Positions 60,594 through 64,000 of a stretch of 64,000 bases of DNA are shown here, one piece after another (position 1 is the first letter of the stretch; every line of letters begins with the position of its first letter). This stretch comes from Podarcis bocagei (taxonomy: Eukaryota): the NCBI GenBank assembly GCA_964188305.1, contig OZ076893.1; one strand, given 5' to 3'. Under the pieces are notes generated by a model. That model was not told where the DNA came from. It made no database searches and worked only from the letters and a program-made list of their open reading frames with translations. Position numbers and translations under genes: made by a program.

Positions 60594-62864
60594 CGCGAAC
60601 ATAAATGTACATTAGTCCCCTGCTTTCTCTCCTTATATCTGATTGCAGGAAGCTAGACATATATGGTTTAGAAATATTGAAGTGAGTCCCCTGTTGCTGG
60701 ATGTAGCTAAAGCTGGGTTGTGAACCTTAAAATCTGACAGCTATTGCCCCAAGGACATTGGGACCACAGGAATATGCAATAACTTGCATGAAAGCTCTGT
60801 GAGTTGTGTGTAATTAAAATATGGACTATGAATATCCTGCAGATAATATTGCACTGGAAAGATTAACATCCTTTTCCATATAATGGGGCACGGTTCTTTA
60901 TAAGTTGCACAGCTGTATTTTGGGGTTGTAATTGCCAGCAGAAACTCTGTGTAAAAACTAGGCTAGGATCCAATAAGCAGTATGCATGAGCTCAAAGCAG
61001 ACTCCTGCATGGGGGCAGGGGAGGTTGACTGCCTGTTTTTCCTCCCCCACCCCTTCCCCCTGAAGCATCATATATTGCTCTAGAGGGTTCCCCAGTTCTC
61101 AAGACAGCTTTCGTGGGGAAGCAGAAAGGGGAAGGAGCTGGAAAGAGTCCAGTGGGAAATGGACTGGAAAGCCATGGTGCATATATAGCCTTTGGATCCA
61201 AGTCTAATTAGATAGAGCTATCTCTGAGAATAGCTTAACTTGAAACTTGGGGGTTGTTTTGCCATATCAATCTAAATTGATATGTAAAATTTGTAAAATG
61301 CAAATGCCACACATTATTCTGCTTCAAGAACGACTCACAAAACACAAATTGAATATTATCCTCTGAAGAGTCAAGGCATTGTTCTAATAAACCTTGTTCC
61401 ATCAAGTATTGATCAGATAACTCAGTGTGCTTTAGTATAGGTAATGATGGGAATTGTAGCCTCTCTTGAACTTTTCAGAATCACTCATAACCAGCAATCT
61501 TCATGATTACATCTCAAGCTGTATTGTTTTACTTAGAGGAGTGAAAGGAATCGGTGCCTAAAGATTTTGAAGTTCCTAACTTAAAATTGTGAAGGAAATC
61601 CAAATAGGTAGACTTGAATGAATTATCTGCATGCATATGTTCCACTTTAGAACTTATTCTTTTTTTGGTATGCATCCATAAAAGACATTAATGGAGCACA
61701 GGGCAGATGAAGGTGGTTTTAAAAATGTCTGGGGGAGGGGGGCCTCACTCCTATGCTGGCAAAGCATTTGAATACATGTGTAACTCCATGCATGTGTTGT
61801 AATGACTTCCATCAATAGGAATAATATTGTGCATGCTTTTAAAGGCTTACATGAATCATGTTCTAGATAACAAAAAGTATTTAGTCTTCATGGAGAAAGA
61901 AACTGGCCAGTCTTAGGAAATGAAATCCTTGTGGAAGTGACCAGAGATTTCATTATGGCCAAAACCCTTTATTGAAATTGCGGGAAATGTTTTTTTGTTT
62001 TTGTTTTTTTTTATCATTTTGATTCTGCAAACAGGCACCCCAGCTGTGTAATACTAACTGATGCATGAGCTCCAATATCCACTGGAGTTGCCAAATTCAT
62101 TTCAAGCATTAAATTTGTATTCCCACATAACAGTCTACATGTATCTATCTGCTTTCTTCGTTTTGGCATGGAGGCCATCATAGAACATGTGGTGATCTTG
62201 AGAGCCCCAGACTAAAATACTGAACAGGTTTCCCTGTGCATAACTCCTCTTGAATTAAATTGGACTTGCATGAATGTAACTGAGCACAGGATTTCAGCCA
62301 AAGTGTGGCTCAAAACAGTTTGAACAATCGATGCCTGGTTTACAGTAATAATCTATGACCTTTTTAGAAATAGGATTTGAAACTTTGAGCCACTCCAAAT
62401 GTTCCAAACCTAACTTCAAGTGAGTAACAATCCCTCAGAACAAAATGCAGATCAACTTTATTTCTATATTTTATGGTATATTCTACACTTGCTTTAAGAT
62501 ATAATTCTAAGTAAAATATGTATATATTGGTTGGGGAAATGACTATTTTTGCAGCAGATGCACAATCTTGACATAGAGTAATAAAATCATATCAGCTATT
62601 TTTCCCCAGGCCTTAAAATTATCTGATTTTGGCTTATTCTCATTGCTTTGTACATTGATAATATTTCATGAGTTTTAATTTGTGGTTGGGGGAAATGACA
62701 GAGCAAATGTAATATAAAGTATTATATATTTTATAAATACTGAGGTTTAAAATACCAGATCAAACAATCTAAATATTTATTTCATTTTCAATTATGTTTG
62801 TGGCTCTTTGTAGTGTTTTGTGACTCAAAGACATCTAGTTGTTTAAACTCATAAATGAACTACT

Positions 62865-62929
62865 AATAAAACATTTCCTTCTGTTTGGTTTTGTTTCATT
62901 GATTTGTAATCATGAAAAGAAAAAATAAA
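62865..62929 (+). terminator. Candidate distal polyadenylation signals (AATAAA at 62865 and 62924)
   Basis: Two AATAAA hexamers at the end of a very AT-rich block, each followed by U/GU-rich sequence (ctgtttggttttgttt; ttgttttgagcatatgatgtgtgg). Confidence 0.3.
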
Positions 62930-63085
62930 ATACTTTTTTAACAACTTGTTTTGAGCATATGATGTGTGGCTATCTGCATCAGACTAGAAACTGCATTTAC
63001 AGATGTTTTTATTGCTGGGATTTTTATTGCTAATATGTTTCATGGGAGAAAATTCATGAATGAAATAAATGAAACAATTAAGTTC

Positions 63086-63090
<5 letters not shown>

Positions 63091-63132
<42 letters not shown>
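63091..63132. repeat. (CA)21 microsatellite
   Basis: Read directly. Confidence 0.97.
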
Positions 63133-63134
<2 letters not shown>

Positions 63135-63526
63135 ACACACTTGACCTTAGACAAAAGGCTGAGAAGTGATACATAACAGGCATTCCAAGGGGTGGATGCC
63201 ATTAAAGGTCCAGTCCTTGCACTGTACAGATGAGACGGTATCAACAGGAGGTCCTCTTCTGTACAATGCAGTTTCCAAGTTGGTATATCAGTGTGAGATG
63301 ATTTTTTTAAAGGTATCCTTGTTGGTATATGGCGTTGTACACTATAAGCAGAAGAGGACCTCCTGCTTATAGTGTACAAAGCCTTTAAAAAGCAGCTCAT
63401 TGAATTTAGCCCAGCAACAGAGTGGCAGGCAGTGCAATTCTTTCAACAACAGTGCAACATGATGCTGATATTCTGCCCCAGTAAGCAGCTGAGCCGCTGC
63501 ATTTTGTGCTAGCTGCACCTTCTAGG

Positions 63527-63730
63527 TCAATCTCCAGTAAAGCCACGTATCAAGCACATTGCAACAGTAGTCAAATCTTGAGGTATCCAGCACAGGGTGA
63601 CAATAGTCAGGTTATCCTGGTCCAGGAATAGAAATTGCTGCCTTATCAGCCCAAGCTGGTAGAAGGCATGCCTATTTACTGAGGGCACCTGTGCCTCTAG
63701 TGGCAGAGGTGACTCCAGAAGCATCCCTAG
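63527..63730 (-). mobile_element. Degraded internal L2 ORF2 fragment
   Basis: Minus-strand translation LPLEAQVPSVNRHAFYQLGLIRQ..FLDQDNLTIV parallels LSMEAQITAITKAAFFHLRQAKQLAPYLSRPDLATV of the young L2. Confidence 0.65.
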
Positions 63731-64000
63731 ACTTCAAACCTGCTCCTTCAGGGAGAATACAACCCTATCTGAAGCAGGCAATTGACCAATTATCTGGACT
63801 CAGGAGCCTCTCACCTACATCTTTCTCAGGCTCAGTTTGTAGATTCTCATCCAGACTAGGTATGCACCTAAATATGTATCAGGCAGCTAAGTACCATATG
63901 TTCCCTTAAGTAAATACAGAAGTGGGGAAGCTGAATTCTCACTGTAACAGCAGAGTGAAGGTGGGAGAAGCTTATCTCTTTTCAACCCCCCACCAGGATT

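Noticed and set aside
1-64000. A novel multi-gene or prokaryote-type system
   Set aside because: The window is explained by one spliced vertebrate gene plus interspersed repeats. I saw no operon, second gene or unexplained long coding region.

Overview
This is eukaryotic (vertebrate) genomic DNA, almost certainly from a squamate reptile and probably a lacertid lizard. That assignment rests on recognisable Sauria-, Squam2- and Squam3-type SINEs and young L2 LINEs. The window holds the 3' half of a gamma-1-syntrophin gene (SNTG1) on the + strand. Seven coding exons (6308-6346, 22046-22162, 23650-23721, 30252-30404, 38144-38236, 47149-47259, 54800-54994) all have canonical AG/GT boundaries, all are phase 0, and they splice to 259 aa plus a stop codon (C-terminal PH and syntrophin-unique region, ending KYTT*). 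The rest is intron and putative 3' UTR or downstream DNA. It contains many non-autonomous DNA transposons (Tc1/mariner-pogo MITEs with TA duplications, hAT MITEs with 8-bp duplications), L2 and CR1 LINE fragments, SINEs, a probable solo LTR and microsatellites. Almost all entries in the six-frame ORF track are spurious. I found no evidence for a new multi-gene system. The most notable observations are: a nested MITE that keeps perfect outer TIRs and carries a 22-bp perfect hairpin; a young L2 with an uninterrupted ORF2 inserted into a MITE; a candidate recursive splice site; a perfect 110-bp tandem duplication in an LTR; a pair of mutually exclusive hairpins; and an expanded Ala/Thr tail on SNTG1. 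Family names and comparisons with human SNTG1 come from memory and need database confirmation.
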